DNA of 64,000 nucleotides from Gammaproteobacteria bacterium (GTDB lineage Bacteria; Pseudomonadota; Gammaproteobacteria; JBCCGL01): NCBI GenBank assembly GCA_965277715.1, contig OZ255836.1, positions 1,728,001 to 1,792,000 of the forward strand, read 5' to 3'. Shown piece by piece: positions 63,502 to 64,000 of this stretch (position 1 is its first letter; each line of letters starts with the position of its first letter). The notes under the pieces were generated by a model. It saw only the letters and a program-made list of their open reading frames with translations, ran no database searches and was not told where the DNA came from. The position numbers and the translations under genes were made by a program.

Positions 63502-64000
63502 CTATTGTGCTCTCATCATTACTTCTGGCAAACGAATATCGAAGCGATTGCGCAATTCTGCGTCAAGTGCTGCCGAAATATGCTGCGGATAGTGGGCTTG
63601 TAAAATCTCCCGGGTATGCTCAATGGCGACTTGACGAATATCCTTACTGCCATCTGCCTGCCATTCCTTGATGCTGCGCCGGTCACCGATTTGTGGATAG
63701 ATAAAATCTGTCTGCATCCGCTCAAGTGTCTCAGTTCGCCCGAGAAAATGGCCTTCTCCTTGCGCTACTTCTTCGATTGCCTTTAGGGCCAGGGTTTCTG
63801 CGCTGACTTCAATCTTTGTCAATGACTTCATAATAATACCCAGCATATCGTTATCGATAACGTAACTCTCCAGCGCACACCCCATTAAGCTGGCCTGCAT
63901 ACCACTGGCTTGAGTGATTAAATTGCAACCTGCCTGGGCTGCCAGGGTCACGGTCAGGCTTTTTTCATAGCCGCTTTGCGCGTCGGCAATTTTGCTGTCG
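63502..64000 (-). CDS. Trimethylamine methyltransferase (MttB) family protein, 3' part
   Basis: DSKIADAQSGYEK, GMQASLM...VIDNDM, GHFLG...T and DRRSIKEW; the gene begins beyond the right edge. Confidence 0.88.
   Translation of the reverse strand, partial: DSKIADAQSGYEKSLTVTLAAQAGCNLITQASGMQASLMGCALESYVIDNDMLGIIMKSLTKIEVSAETLALKAIEEVAQGEGHFLGRTETLERMQTDFIYPQIGDRRSIKEWQADGSKDIRQVAIEHTREILQAHYPQHISAALDAELRNRFDIRLPEVMMRAQ

Overview
Gammaproteobacterial chromosome segment with two parts. The conserved core (1 to ~27.7 kb, almost all minus strand) runs carA-carB-greA-(yhbY)-rlmE-ftsH-folP-glmM-[inserted LysR-comD-comE]-tpiA-secG-tRNA-Leu(GAG)-nuoA..nuoN, with nuoN running off the left edge. A mixed metabolic stretch follows (27.9-40 kb): a metallopeptidase/beta-propeller/Omp85 outer-membrane protein, Cys-phosphatase, DOPA-dioxygenase-like protein, M20 amidohydrolase, diaminopropionate ammonia-lyase, HEAT protein, cysB, DUF934-like protein, sulfite reductase and a beta-hydroxyacid dehydrogenase. 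The accessory region (40-63.4 kb) holds a membrane-fused aminopropyltransferase module, a second-copy-like Lnt with a DUF1624-like acyltransferase, a three-gene DDE/ExeA-ATPase transposon and several decayed IS elements. It also holds the most notable locus, a 2358-aa signal-peptide-bearing SpvB/FG-GAP/YD (TcB-TcC fusion-like) Rhs polymorphic toxin. That protein has ~7 near-identical 174-bp repeats, an unusual ~265-aa helical-hairpin insertion inside the YD shell, an amphipathic post-cleavage leader and a Cys/His amidase-like tip. It is flanked by a coupled lipoprotein (likely immunity), an upstream membrane-anchored coiled-coil partner and downstream GGGGTCAGG repeats. All calls come from reading motifs by eye; no database searches were run.
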